A DNA stretch of 63,849 bases, counting the filler. It is 4 parts of 4 records of this genome, joined end to end, with 100 filler letters (N's around TTAATTAATTAA, not from the genome) between each part and the next. Parts side by side here need not be neighbours in the genome. Positions count along the whole stretch, not along the records: positions 31,891 to 43,271 come from SRR22947725_2347; positions 43,372 to 58,695 come from SRR22947725_2348; 2 more parts are not named here. One strand, written 5' to 3'. Below are positions 41,817 to 52,563 of this stretch, piece by piece. The position numbers were made by a program, and so were the translations under genes. The notes beneath the pieces are model-generated. The model saw only the letters and a program-made list of their open reading frames with translations, searched no databases and was not told where the DNA came from. How positions within the stretch are numbered: position 1 is the stretch's first letter; each line of letters opens with the position of its first letter.

Positions 41817-43198
41817 TTACACGTGCAGCACGCGCCACTCGCAGTTTCGAAGCGTGTCTTGTTTGGCCCCGTTCTGCACGCTGGTCGCAAAGTCCCTCCA
41901 AAACATCGAGTGCCCGACGGCGACGAACACCCGTTCGGGGCGGTCGATGATCCACTTGCGGAACTGCTTGACCCGTCGAGTCACGCTGTCCTTGGTCTCG
42001 TGGCTCTGGAAGAGCTGCTTGTACGAGCAGTTGGGCCGTTCAGACCGCGTGTACCACCACATGTCCTTGACTTCGTCCAGGCATCCCGCGAGCATGGGGA
42101 ATTCCCTCGACAGGTCGCCTGGATTCCTTCCCACGTCCCCAGACGTATGCAACTTCTCAGTTACCTCGGGCAACACAACGACGTTCTCAAGTCTCCCCGA
42201 CCCCGTTCGGCACGTCAATCGATGATCGTTGACATCGTTTTCCGACTTTGAGACGGAAATTTCTGGGTGCACGTGCAGCAGCGTCTGGATGGCGCGAGTC
42301 AACGGCGACGTCACCCACACCACATCGGCGGGAAGATCCCAGTTTTGTACCTCGTTTCGCAGTGTCAGCGCTTGAGACTTACCTTTGCACGTAAGTCTGG
42401 CATCAAACAGCAGCGGGTCTTCCCAAGAGGAACCCCTTGCCGAACACGCCGCGTTGAACTCTGACTCCCCATGTCGAATCAGATAGACGATCTTGCAGTC
42501 CTTCTTTGACCTAAAGATCGGAAAGAACCCATTATTAAGCTGTACACGATCCGCTGAGTGTACTGCGGGCGTTAGCCGATTCTGCAAGCGACCCCAAGGG
42601 CGGACAGTGAGTTGGATCTCGTCCATAGGCGGGCATACATCACCGTACGTACCTCTGCATCCGATTCATTGTTCGCATCTTGCGAGCTCGACGGAATCTG
42701 CAGCTCTTGCGGTCTCGAAGACATGATAACCCCCCTGTCCGACTCGCTCCCCTCGCCTCTGACTTCCCGCTCAACCGTCCTCACCTCTGCGGTGATGAAG
42801 CGGCAAGCCACATTCCCCAGGTCGTCGTCCGACGCGTTCCGCCATGCTCGCATATCACATCGTATTCCGATTCCTTCCGCTCCTTCGAAGCATGGCGTCT
42901 CCCAACCACGCTGCGCCCCAGTCGCGGTGCTCTTCCTATCCCTTGCGTTCTCCTCGCCCGCCGTGTTTTCCCCGTTGGTGTTTTCCTTGGCAACTTCATC
43001 GAATGAAAACTGAGAGTGCGAGTTGCCACGCTCATACGTCAGCTGCGATTTGATTCGAAACAACGGCTCGTCGTACTCACTATCATCAGCTTCCTCGGTA
43101 CATTTGTCCAGGCTGTCCTCCTTGACTGCCTTGTCCACCTTGTCCACCTTGTCCACCTTGTCTCCGACGCACACATTCTCGTCCCGTACTGTTATCAC
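41817..43198 (-). CDS. Phosphoglycerate-mutase-like (histidine phosphatase) protein; probable intron 42648-42563; 5' end uncertain
   Basis: IRHGES, SPLTRAIQT, VGHS, LRNCE. Confidence 0.75.
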
Positions 43199-43271
43199 AT
43201 GGACCGCCTCGACCGCCTCGACCGCCTCGACTGCCTCGACTGCCTCGACCGCCTCGACCGCCTCGACCGCC
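43129..43271. repeat. 9-nt tandem repeats (CCTTGTCCA)n and (ACCGCCTCG)n running into the contig end
   Basis: Direct inspection. Confidence 0.9.
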
Positions 43272-43371
43272 NNNNNNNNNNNNNNNNNNNNNNNNNNNNN
43301 NNNNNNNNNNNNNNNTTAATTAATTAANNNNNNNNNNNNNNNNNNNNNNNNNNNNNNNNNNNNNNNNNNNN
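43272..43371. other. Artificial contig spacer
   Basis: N-TTAATTAATTAA-N. Confidence 0.99.
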
Positions 43372-43659
43372 GGCCGGCGTCTTCTTGGCCGGGGCCTTCT
43401 TCACCGGCGTCTTCTTGGCTCCGGCCGATTTGGTCGGGGTGGCCTTCACGGCCGGCTTGGCAGCCGTCTTCTTTGCTGACGTTGCCTTGGCCTTGGGGCT
43501 TTTGGCGACCGGCTTCTTCGCCACCGATTTCCTGGCAACTTTGTTGGCCGCAGCCTTGCTCGCCGCTTTGTGCGAGGCAGACTTTTTCTGCGAGGCTGCC
43601 GGACGACTCGACGTGCTGCGTCGAGCGCCCCCGACAGACTTCCCTTTCTTTGGCGGCAT
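43372..43659 (-). CDS. Lys/Ala/Pro-rich N-terminus (histone-H1-tail-like), truncated by gap
   Basis: MPPKKGKS...SPKAK...KKTPVKKAPAKKTPA. Confidence 0.6.
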
Positions 43660-43868
43660 TGCTTCTCGGTTGTTCAATTCAACTGGAGGTACGAGCGCGA
43701 AGCAGGTGAGCGGCGAGCAACAGTTGCTCGGAATTTTTGGTTGTGGCAAATTCAAACTTTTTCACCGCCTCGTCCTTCTCCCGACACGATCGCGGGCGGA
43801 TGACCACGAATAATGAGATAAACACCGAAAGTGAGGACGGAAGATCAAAACGCACGCTGAGATGAAAA

Positions 43869-44501
43869 TCACATTGCCTCGTCGTTGAGCTTGTCCTCGT
43901 CGAGCAGTCCCAGCGGAAGGTGGCCGACTTGCATCGCACCAAAGTTCACCAGCACGCCCCGGTCCTCGCCCTGATATCTCGACACGGTACACTGCGGGGC
44001 GCTGTCGGGCAACGCACGGAAGCGGACATACACGGGCCCTCGCAACGCAGGCAGTGCCACAGAGGCATCGGCCGTCCCATCCTGGCCGACGTACTTCGGA
44101 AGCACGTACGCAACGCCCATAGCCTTGGTGTAGTCCCGAAGACTCCGGAGGGCGAGACGAATGTCGCTGGACAGGACGCCGAGGAGCACAGGTGACTGGG
44201 AGGGGCCCTTCCAAGCGATGGATTCGTTCGGCGTCTCGATCGCCACGTAGAAGGCTTCCCGAAGCTTGTCCCGTGAAGCTTTCGTAGCGAGATGGGTCGA
44301 TCCAGCCGTGCCCTGGAACTCGGACCGCGTGAACCGTTCCAGCAACTCCCAGGCTGACTCTGAGTTGGGCGGAATGGCCGAGTCGGCCGAGTCGGCCGAG
44401 TTGGGCAGCGTGACCCCGCCTCGCCGTCGCACGTGCACGCGACTCGAGTGCAATGTGCGTGTTTGGCAGCCCGAAAGCGTAACAGAGCGCACCACCACCA
44501 T
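43869..44501 (-). CDS. DUF1824-like plastid protein
   Basis: Transit-peptide-like N-terminus; GPVYVRF, YQGEDRGVLV, GHLPLGL. Confidence 0.7.
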   Translation of the reverse strand: MVVVRSVTLSGCQTRTLHSSRVHVRRRGGVTLPNSADSADSAIPPNSESAWELLERFTRSEFQGTAGSTHLATKASRDKLREAFYVAIETPNESIAWKGPSQSPVLLGVLSSDIRLALRSLRDYTKAMGVAYVLPKYVGQDGTADASVALPALRGPVYVRFRALPDSAPQCTVSRYQGEDRGVLVNFGAMQVGHLPLGLLDEDKLNDEAM

Positions 44502-44665
44502 ATTTCTTTCTCTGTAGTCGACGAAACTTGTCGAAACTTGTCGAAAAACTCAGTCAGGAATTCAATTCACGTACACAAGGCTTTACATTCGCCACCAGAT
44601 ACCACATTCCGCACCCTCCGGGACGCCCACACCCCATCGCACGCCACAGAAGCGGCCAAGAACGG

Positions 44666-45912
44666 ATGCATGAAATGAAATCGACCCACCGAAACCAGAC
44701 CACGGAACCCTCGAGCTCGGTGCTCGAGGAGTCGTTGCGGGTGCACGGGGAGGCATTCATGCGTATGTTTGACGACAGCGACGAGGATGAAGGCGAGCAG
44801 GCGCATGCGGGCGCAGGTGCGGAGGCCACCGCGGACCGACAGTCCTTGCCGCCCTTGAACGGGGAGCAGGCGGACGTCGCCGGCCCGCCCTCGTGTCCCG
44901 GGAAAAAGTCGCGACGAAAGAAGAAGCGGAACGAGCTTGAAAGGGAGGGAAATCCGCCCCGGTCCCGCCGGGAGGCACGGCGTCAGGACGACTTGGACGT
45001 GATATTCGGCGCAATTGGCGAGCGGGGGAGGCCGGACGGTCAGGACGGGGATGCCCCGAGCGGCCAGGGCACGAAACGCACGGATGAAGATCTCGGCGGA
45101 AGATCAGAAACCATGCTGGATGATCAGCGTCGGGAGGAGGCACGCCTTCGGCGGAAGATTGAGCGGAAGCGGTTCATGTCGTCCAATCCCGATGCCATGT
45201 TGTCGTTTAACGAGGAGGCCATGCTGGCCGAGGCAAAGCGCCGGGTCGATCGGTCCAGAGAGGCTGATGGTGTGGATAGAAAGACGGAGATGGAGGAGTT
45301 CAAGGCGATCCGGCGCGAGATCCAGTCGTTTGGTGCGTTTCCCAGTGTTTCTCGTGGCCCCGGTATTCCGAGCCATGGCGCGGATGTGCGAATAACGAAA
45401 GAGACGGGTCCGCCGCGATACGCGGCATCATGCCGGCCCGCGAGCGTGCCAGAGTTTTTCTGGCACCATCTCAGACCCCACATCCAACATTGATTACGTC
45501 GGCTCATAGTACGGCGCGGTGAAACGTTGCTCCCAACGCGCTGCCTCCAATGCCTCTGACAGCTCATTTCTCACGATGTACCCACTCGATATCGAATCCA
45601 ACAGGCGCGACAGGACTGGATAGAAAGTCTCGGGCCAAGTTTGAGCAGGATCGTCTCTTGGAGCTGGGGGCGAGGAAGGAGAAGGGGGTGCGTACGCCGG
45701 CAAAGATCGGTACGGGCATCGCAAGAAAGGCTGCCTGGCGGGAGCAGAGGTCGATCGATGAGGCAATCGCGTCTGGCATGGTGTCGCGCAAGGCGATCGC
45801 GGAGAAGAAGCGTCGGGAGGCCAAGAAGAGGCTTGCTGGCCAAGACCGCGGACTGTTTGAAGACCGCGGGACTTTTGACGCCAAGCGTGGCGTCCTCCGT
45901 CTAAAGAAGTAA
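44666..45912 (+). CDS. C1orf131/DUF4602-like ribosome biogenesis protein; exons 44666-45332, 45605-45912
   Basis: In-frame GTGCGT...CAG splice; C-terminal LLELGARKEK...DRGL...GVLRL. Confidence 0.55.
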
Positions 45913-46112
45913 GTAAGTAACCCTGTTACCCTTTGGTTCCGCAAACGTGGTGTGCTTCACTCGGTTTCGACCCGTGGCGACGACCAGAGGACGGGCACCG
46001 GCGGATGCACGAATTGGACTCCTCCGATTTCGAAACCGTGAACGCGAGACGTCGAGCACCGGACAACGTGTGCCAATATCTCGGCATATAACACAGACAT
46101 TTGTGGAACGCC

Positions 46113-49100
46113 ATGACTGATAGCGACTACAGCGAGGAGTCCTCGTTGCCCAGCTCGGGTGCGGACGAGGGCGAGCCGCGCCAGGCCCGGGAGAGCTGGG
46201 AGAGCGATTCCAGCGATTCCAGCGATTCCAGCGACGGCAGCGGTGACAGCGACGGCAGCGACGGCAGCGACGGCGATGGCAGTGAGGGTGGTGAAGGTGA
46301 GGAAGGGGTCGAGGCTGGGGAGGAGCGGGTGGACGGGGAGGAGGACGACGAGGACGACGTCGAGGACCAGATTGGCCGGTTCTTGGACTATGCCGAGGAC
46401 ATTCCTACGGCGCTCAAGGATCTAACGGGGCTTTCCATGGAGGTCGCGCAGAACATGAGCATGGGAGGGTATCTTCACGGCGGAAAGGTGAGGAACCTTT
46501 CACAGACTGTGCAAGGCAAGCTGAGGAAGACGCGGTCGTCCCGACGCGAGTTGTCCCAGTCTCCGGAGCAGGCGGAGGCCTTGCCGGACTTTTCCGACTC
46601 CGAGTCCGACTATCAGGAAGACGAGTGGGACGACGCGCAAGCGGAGGCAATGGGGCTGACGCCGGCGGCGAACCGGCGCGCAGAGAAGAGGCGACACTCC
46701 AACAAGCTGAAGCGCTTGCAGGCGGGCAAGTCAAAGGGGTACGGGATGCCGGAACAGGCGGTGGAGATGCTGGGAAGTGGCAACATGATGTATGTTGCGG
46801 GGAATTATCAGGAGGCGGAGAAGATGTTCATGGATTGCATCCGCCAGGCGCCGTCATTCCCGGACGCGTACTCGTCGCTGAGCCGGCTGTACGAGGAGAC
46901 TGGGGACGCCATGAAGTCGATGAACTTTCTGATGGCAGCTGCATTCTTCACCAAGAAGGACGCAGAAATCTGGAAGGACTGCGCGCGCAAGTCGAGGGAG
47001 AACCTCGCCCACAGACAGGCCGTGTTCTGCTACAACCAGGTGATCCGGCGTGAGAAGGACGTGCCGCAGTGGAGACGAGAGCGGGGTCTGACGATGGTGA
47101 ACCTCGGCCTGACCCACTACAAAAAGGCCCTCGTCGACTTGAGGGAGTATAACAAGGTAGCGCCGGACGACAGCGAAGTCGTCGAGTGCATGGCAAGAGT
47201 CTACGACGAAATGTCGAACATCGACGAGGCCATCCAGATCATGGACAGCTTCATCAAGGGTCATCCCGAGCAGGCGGGTCTCACAAGCTTCAACATTCTG
47301 GCCGAGCTCCTGATGAAGAAGGACAACCCCGACTGGCACCAGATCGTGGAGCTCATCAACAAGGCCCGCCGGGAATACCTGCATGGCAGCCAGCTGCCCA
47401 TCGAGCTCGAGTCCAAGGAGGCCGTCGCGTTCATCAACATGGACAAGAAGGAGCTGTCCGACGAGATTGCCTCGAGATTTTTGGAGAATCCGATGCACAC
47501 GGTCGAGGCTTACGAGGACGTGTTCAAGTTGTTTGCAGAGTCCTACCGGGCCAGCGGAATGCACGAGGCGGCGCTGGTGTTCTACGAGCGGCTCGCCTGC
47601 TATCCGTGGAGCGTGGCATCGCATTGGAAGAGCTACGTGGAGGTTTGCAACCTCGTAAATCAGTCCTCTGACTCTCTTGTCGAGGAAATCAGCGCCTGGA
47701 AGAAGATATTAGAGCATGCGTCCAAGCATCATCCCAACTACGTGGATGCCGTGGTTGAGCTGGCGGATTTGCTCACCCAGCATGGCGACACAAGCGAGGC
47801 CATGCAGTTCCTCGACATCCTCCAAGACGAGGAAGTGCGACCGTATGCGGTGGAGAACTGGACCGTCGACGAGATGACCTACCTGAAGCGTGCCAAGGTG
47901 TTCATCGCGTGCCAAAAGGACCAGTTGTACGTGCAGTACTTCCTTAACCCCGTCATCAAGTCGCTCCGACTCATCCTCCTCCACGCGGAGACCTCCAAGA
48001 CGAGAAAGGGGAGAAAGTCGCACGGCGACGAGGCGCTGCCGTCGGCAGGAGACGATCTGGTCGTGTGGGAGACCTCGGACGAGAAGCGCAGGAAGAGGGG
48101 CACCGACGTCGACGTGTTCGCCATTGACCACGCCATCAGCCTCCAGATGGCAGACGTTCCGGTGTTTGAGAACCTCGTCAGGGACCGGAAGAACTTCGAC
48201 ACGATCCTCCATCTCGTCAAAATTCTTCTGGAAATGGACGCCGTCGCAGACGCGTTTATGGTGTGCGACTTGACCGTCACCGTCCTTGCCAGGAAGCATC
48301 CCAACAAGGAACGCCGCGACCTCATGAAGATCCAGCTGGCCGAGTGCTGCTGCAGGATGCGCGACTGGTCCAACGCCCTGAAGCACATCAAGGGCCCGGC
48401 AGACACGCCCGCTGGATCGGTTTCACCTCAGGTCTGGAACATTTTTACCAAGATTGCCATCGGCGTCGGAGGCGTCCGCCAGACCTCCAAATACATCACC
48501 AGTATGAGGAAGAAATATCCCCATTCGCTGCCGATCGCCCTGATGAACGGCCACGCCAAGCTCCAGGCCAACGAGTACGGTGCCGCTCTCGGCGAGTACC
48601 TCGACGCCCACCGCATCAACCCCGACGAGCCGCTCGTCAAGCTGTGCATCTCCAACCTATTCACCAACTTTGCGTGCGACAGCAAGCACTGCCGCGATCT
48701 CGCCCTCGTCCACGCGTTCGCGTGGATGCAGGAGTATGGCCGAGCCACTGGGAACGCCGCAGAAGCCGCCTACAATGCCGGAAGGATTGCCCAGCAGTTT
48801 TCCATGCAGCACCTGGCTCTTCCCCTCTACCGAGAGTCTCTGCACCATCTCGACGCACAGCGCGTGGAGGAAGAGATGGCAGAATTGATGGATGCAGGAA
48901 CGCGGGGCAAGGGTGGCAGGGGTGGCAAGGATGGCAAGGATGGCACGCGGGCCTCGGTGGCAGCGTTTGCACGGTCCATCGCCGAGGGCCACGTCCTCGA
49001 CGCCAACTCCAAGAGCTCCATGGCAAAGAATGACCTCTCGCGCGAGGCAGCGTTCAATCTGTCGCTGATCCTGATGGAGTCGAACGCCCACGACCTGGCT

Positions 49101-49133
49101 CGTGAAGTTCGCCGCAGGTATCTCACCTGGTGA
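46113..49133 (+). CDS. Transcription factor IIIC TPR subunit (Tfc4/GTF3C3)
   Basis: Acidic N-terminus, TPR repeats, EAAYNAGR...LALPLY, C-terminal REAAFNLSLI...LAR...YL. Confidence 0.85.
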   Translation: MTDSDYSEESSLPSSGADEGEPRQARESWESDSSDSSDSSDGSGDSDGSDGSDGDGSEGGEGEEGVEAGEERVDGEEDDEDDVEDQIGRFLDYAEDIPTALKDLTGLSMEVAQNMSMGGYLHGGKVRNLSQTVQGKLRKTRSSRRELSQSPEQAEALPDFSDSESDYQEDEWDDAQAEAMGLTPAANRRAEKRRHSNKLKRLQAGKSKGYGMPEQAVEMLGSGNMMYVAGNYQEAEKMFMDCIRQAPSFPDAYSSLSRLYEETGDAMKSMNFLMAAAFFTKKDAEIWKDCARKSRENLAHRQAVFCYNQVIRREKDVPQWRRERGLTMVNLGLTHYKKALVDLREYNKVAPDDSEVVECMARVYDEMSNIDEAIQIMDSFIKGHPEQAGLTSFNILAELLMKKDNPDWHQIVELINKARREYLHGSQLPIELESKEAVAFINMDKKELSDEIASRFLENPMHTVEAYEDVFKLFAESYRASGMHEAALVFYERLACYPWSVASHWKSYVEVCNLVNQSSDSLVEEISAWKKILEHASKHHPNYVDAVVELADLLTQHGDTSEAMQFLDILQDEEVRPYAVENWTVDEMTYLKRAKVFIACQKDQLYVQYFLNPVIKSLRLILLHAETSKTRKGRKSHGDEALPSAGDDLVVWETSDEKRRKRGTDVDVFAIDHAISLQMADVPVFENLVRDRKNFDTILHLVKILLEMDAVADAFMVCDLTVTVLARKHPNKERRDLMKIQLAECCCRMRDWSNALKHIKGPADTPAGSVSPQVWNIFTKIAIGVGGVRQTSKYITSMRKKYPHSLPIALMNGHAKLQANEYGAALGEYLDAHRINPDEPLVKLCISNLFTNFACDSKHCRDLALVHAFAWMQEYGRATGNAAEAAYNAGRIAQQFSMQHLALPLYRESLHHLDAQRVEEEMAELMDAGTRGKGGRGGKDGKDGTRASVAAFARSIAEGHVLDANSKSSMAKNDLSREAAFNLSLILMESNAHDLAREVRRRYLTW

Positions 49134-49194
49134 AAAATATTCTCGTTTGATATCATCATCTTTAACCGTGCACAAATTTCTGGATTCGTACAGA

Positions 49195-50508
49195 ATGCTC
49201 CGTGCGACACGACTCACGGCGCCCAACCCTTTGATTTCCCCCCTGATTCGAAGCCCGCGAAGAAGATTCTTTGGAACGCGGACAACGGCGCTCAGGACCG
49301 AGGAGGACCACATCGCACAGCTCTCCAATGATCTTCAAAAGGGACATACGAAGGTGATGATCGCGCAGGTCGCGCCGGCCGTGCGCGTGTCCCTGGGTGA
49401 GGAGTTTGATCTTTCCCCTGGCACATTTGTCCAGGGGAAAATCATCTCGGCCCTCCGCGCGCTCGGCTTCGACTACGTGTTCGACGTCGCCGCTGGAGCA
49501 GATCTGACGATCCTCGAGGAGGGCTCCGAGCTGCTCCACCGCATCGTGGACAACCTGGAACACAAGCCGGGTGCGGCCCCGTTGCCCATGTTCAGCAGTT
49601 GCTGTCCGGGGTGGGTCGACTTTGTCGAGAAGTCCTCAAGCGAGCTCATTCCGTACGTGTCGAGCTGTAAGAGCCCGCACATGATGCAGGGCGCGGTCAT
49701 CAAGACATTCTTCTCGGACATCATTGACCACCCGGAGGAGGACATTGTCATTGCGAGCATCATGCCATGCGTTCGCAAGCAAGGAGAGGCGGACCGCGAC
49801 CTGGAGTCGATGCAGACCGAAGCGGGGCATCGTCACGTGGATCACGTCGTGACGACGAAGGGCCTCGCCCGGATGATCAAGGACGCTGGTATCGATTTTG
49901 ATTCCCTGCCGGACTCACATTTCGATGCATTTTTGGGCTACGGCACTGGGGGCGCTGTCCTGTTCGGGTCGACCGGCGGCGTACTGGAGGCTGCTTTGCG
50001 GACGGTGTACGAGGTGGCTGCCCGGGGCTCTGACAAGCCGACGCTGGACAAGGTGGAGTTTGTGGCAGTGAGGGGCCTTGAGGGGCTCCGGGAGGCGACC
50101 GTTGTCATTCCTCCAAATCCAACGGGCGTTCTCCACAACGAGAAGCCGTTTGAGATTCGCGTCGCGGTGTGTTCGGGCTTGGGCAACGCGAAAAGTCTGG
50201 TCAAGGAAATCCAGGCGACTGGCGATGATGATCCCACCAACCCCAAGTACCACTTTGTGGAAGTCATGGCGTGCCCCGGCGGCTGCATCGGTGGCGGTGG
50301 TCAGCCGCGCTCCAAAGATAAGGATGCGTTACGGAAGCGGCAGGCGGCCCTGTACGCGTTGGACGCCGGCGAAAAGATTCGGTCGAGCCACCTCAACCCC
50401 GTGATCGACAACCTGTACGACAAGTACTTGGTCGAGCCGGGCAGCGAGAAGGCGGAGAGACTCCTCCACACCCGTCTCGAGTCAGGTGGTGCACCCCACA
50501 TCGAGTAG
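49195..50508 (+). CDS. hydA: [FeFe]-hydrogenase, H-cluster-only (M1) type with short transit peptide
   Basis: APAVRV, L1 FSSCCPGW, SCKSP, L2 MPCVRKQGE, L3 EVMACPGGCIGGGGQP, LLHT. Confidence 0.92.
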   Translation: MLRATRLTAPNPLISPLIRSPRRRFFGTRTTALRTEEDHIAQLSNDLQKGHTKVMIAQVAPAVRVSLGEEFDLSPGTFVQGKIISALRALGFDYVFDVAAGADLTILEEGSELLHRIVDNLEHKPGAAPLPMFSSCCPGWVDFVEKSSSELIPYVSSCKSPHMMQGAVIKTFFSDIIDHPEEDIVIASIMPCVRKQGEADRDLESMQTEAGHRHVDHVVTTKGLARMIKDAGIDFDSLPDSHFDAFLGYGTGGAVLFGSTGGVLEAALRTVYEVAARGSDKPTLDKVEFVAVRGLEGLREATVVIPPNPTGVLHNEKPFEIRVAVCSGLGNAKSLVKEIQATGDDDPTNPKYHFVEVMACPGGCIGGGGQPRSKDKDALRKRQAALYALDAGEKIRSSHLNPVIDNLYDKYLVEPGSEKAERLLHTRLESGGAPHIE

Positions 50509-50581
50509 ACGTCCCGTTCCTCCCAATCGCTTCCGACCCCAGTGTTGTATCGGAGAAGGAAAGGAATTGGAAAAGGAAAGA

Positions 50582-52377
50582 ATGGGCGCGGTCGACGACT
50601 TGCTGGGGAGCAGCCAGCTCTCGGGCAGGTCCGAGCAGGCTCCATCCCAGTCGACAAAGTCGACGATGGCCAGGTGCGTTGGCGGTCTGGCGAGCTGCCG
50701 GAAACGCCTCGAGAATTTGAAATGTAAGTTGCCCGGATCGTCTCACTCCGCGCTCCTCGCCCTGCGCGTAGTCTGAAAAAGGATAGCAGTCTACTGAACA
50801 GTATTCTGAAGAAGCGGACGAAGCGGGAAATTGACGACGCAAGGTCGAAACAGGCGATGACCAAGAAGCGCTCGTCTGCCTCCCGGGATAGCCTTGCGTC
50901 GGTCCAGCAGCATATGGAGGCTTTCGAGCAGAAGATCAACGAGGCGATATGCAAGAGCGTTGTCGAAGCACCCGATGGATACCTCGATTCTGTCGAGGTC
51001 ATCAAACCCGTGGCAGGACCGCCCGCGCCGACGCTCAAGCTTGACGGTGAGATCGACAAGCAGATCAGGGTGGCTCTCGGGTGCATGAGTTCTTCTTTGG
51101 GCTACACGGAGGATCAGAGATACGTGATGGTTTTCAACCAATTTGTCCAAACAGGGACGATGGAGTCCCTGGTGCGGAAGTCTGGCGAATGCCCTGCGAG
51201 CCTCCTTTCCACGCTGATGCACGTGATAGGACACGCGCAGGACATTATGGTTGCGTATCAGGCCAAGAAGGCGGCCTCTAATTTGTGGAAGCTGCTCTAC
51301 GTGGGGAAGAAAAAGCCTGCGCACAGGCCGGGTGCGCACGTCCGGATCGATGCCAAGGCCCTCCCGAGTTTTTTCCAGTTCCGCACGCTGCGCAACGAGC
51401 TCAAAGCAAACGGGTGTGCATTGAATTTTGGGAGCCCCGGGGCCGCTATTTCCGGCGTGGACACGGTTGACATGACGGGGGAGTCGCAGGAACGGGGCGA
51501 CATGGCTGCTGGCAGTACGCTTGCCAGTCAGAGCCGGACCGAGACGTACAGAGTGCACTTCGTGTCGCTTCTACTGGGAGCTGTGGTCGACTTTTGCGGG
51601 TTTATTGACGACGCGGGCGTGAGTCTCCCGCCCAACGAAACTTTGGAGGCTACCAACCTGTTTGACACGATTCTGTGCCTGCGCTACGACCCCAACGCCT
51701 ACAGGATCCAGGAGGGTCTGGACGCCGCCCTGCTGGCGCTCATGGGGGCGTTTGACAACGTTACATGGCGCGGTCGACTTCCCACGATCAGCTTTTCCCT
51801 GGCCACCTCGTTCTCGATCAAGACGACGAGGGCCCTGCGGGCCAAGGTCATCCGCGAGCTGCCGTGTGGCTTTAGGATCATGGAAACGCGCATGAGCAGC
51901 AATCGTCGGCGGTGTACCGAACTTCAGCAATGCGCGGCATCCCTACTTCTGGATACAATCATGGAGCCGGCGAACTCGACTAAGAATCCAAACCTGGACC
52001 TTGTGGCCTCCACACCGCTGGACGTGGAGACGAGGATCAAAGGCGAGTCGTGGTTTCGCCAGCCAGAGACGCTCACGGACGTATCTGAAGACGCTGGAGG
52101 CGCATCTGTGATGAGCCACTTTACGCGGGTGGAGCTTTTGCTGCGGCTGGCAGACATGATCCTCTGGCCGTGCATTCTGACTGCAATGAACACGTCCAGC
52201 GAGGAACGCATCAAGCACCTCAGCCCGCAGTTCATGAAGCTGTGGAGCGCCTTTTTAGGCCAGGTCCAGCGACGGATTCGAACGCTCAATCCCGAGGAGC
52301 AGGCAGTCAAGACCATGGCCAGTTTCCTGCGGATGCGGTACGAGCACTGCGCAGAGGAGCTGCCGCAACGAGATTAG
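50582..52377 (+). CDS. Hypothetical protein; probable intron 50674-50801
   Basis: 506 aa ORF plus an upstream exon joined in frame by GTGCGT...CAG; no family recognised. Confidence 0.6.
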
Positions 52378-52563
52378 CATCGGAGGCTCGAGTTTGGTTT
52401 TTCACATATGGATGCAACTTGATCAACACGTGCTTGTGGTTCGTGGAACCGTAAAAATTCATTGGTATCATCGCTGCCGCTGCGGTTGGTGGTCAAAACT
52501 GTCATGGTCGCGGTTGGAGAGCGTTCGTTGGGTCGAGCCGTCGAGGACGATCGAGGCGATCGG

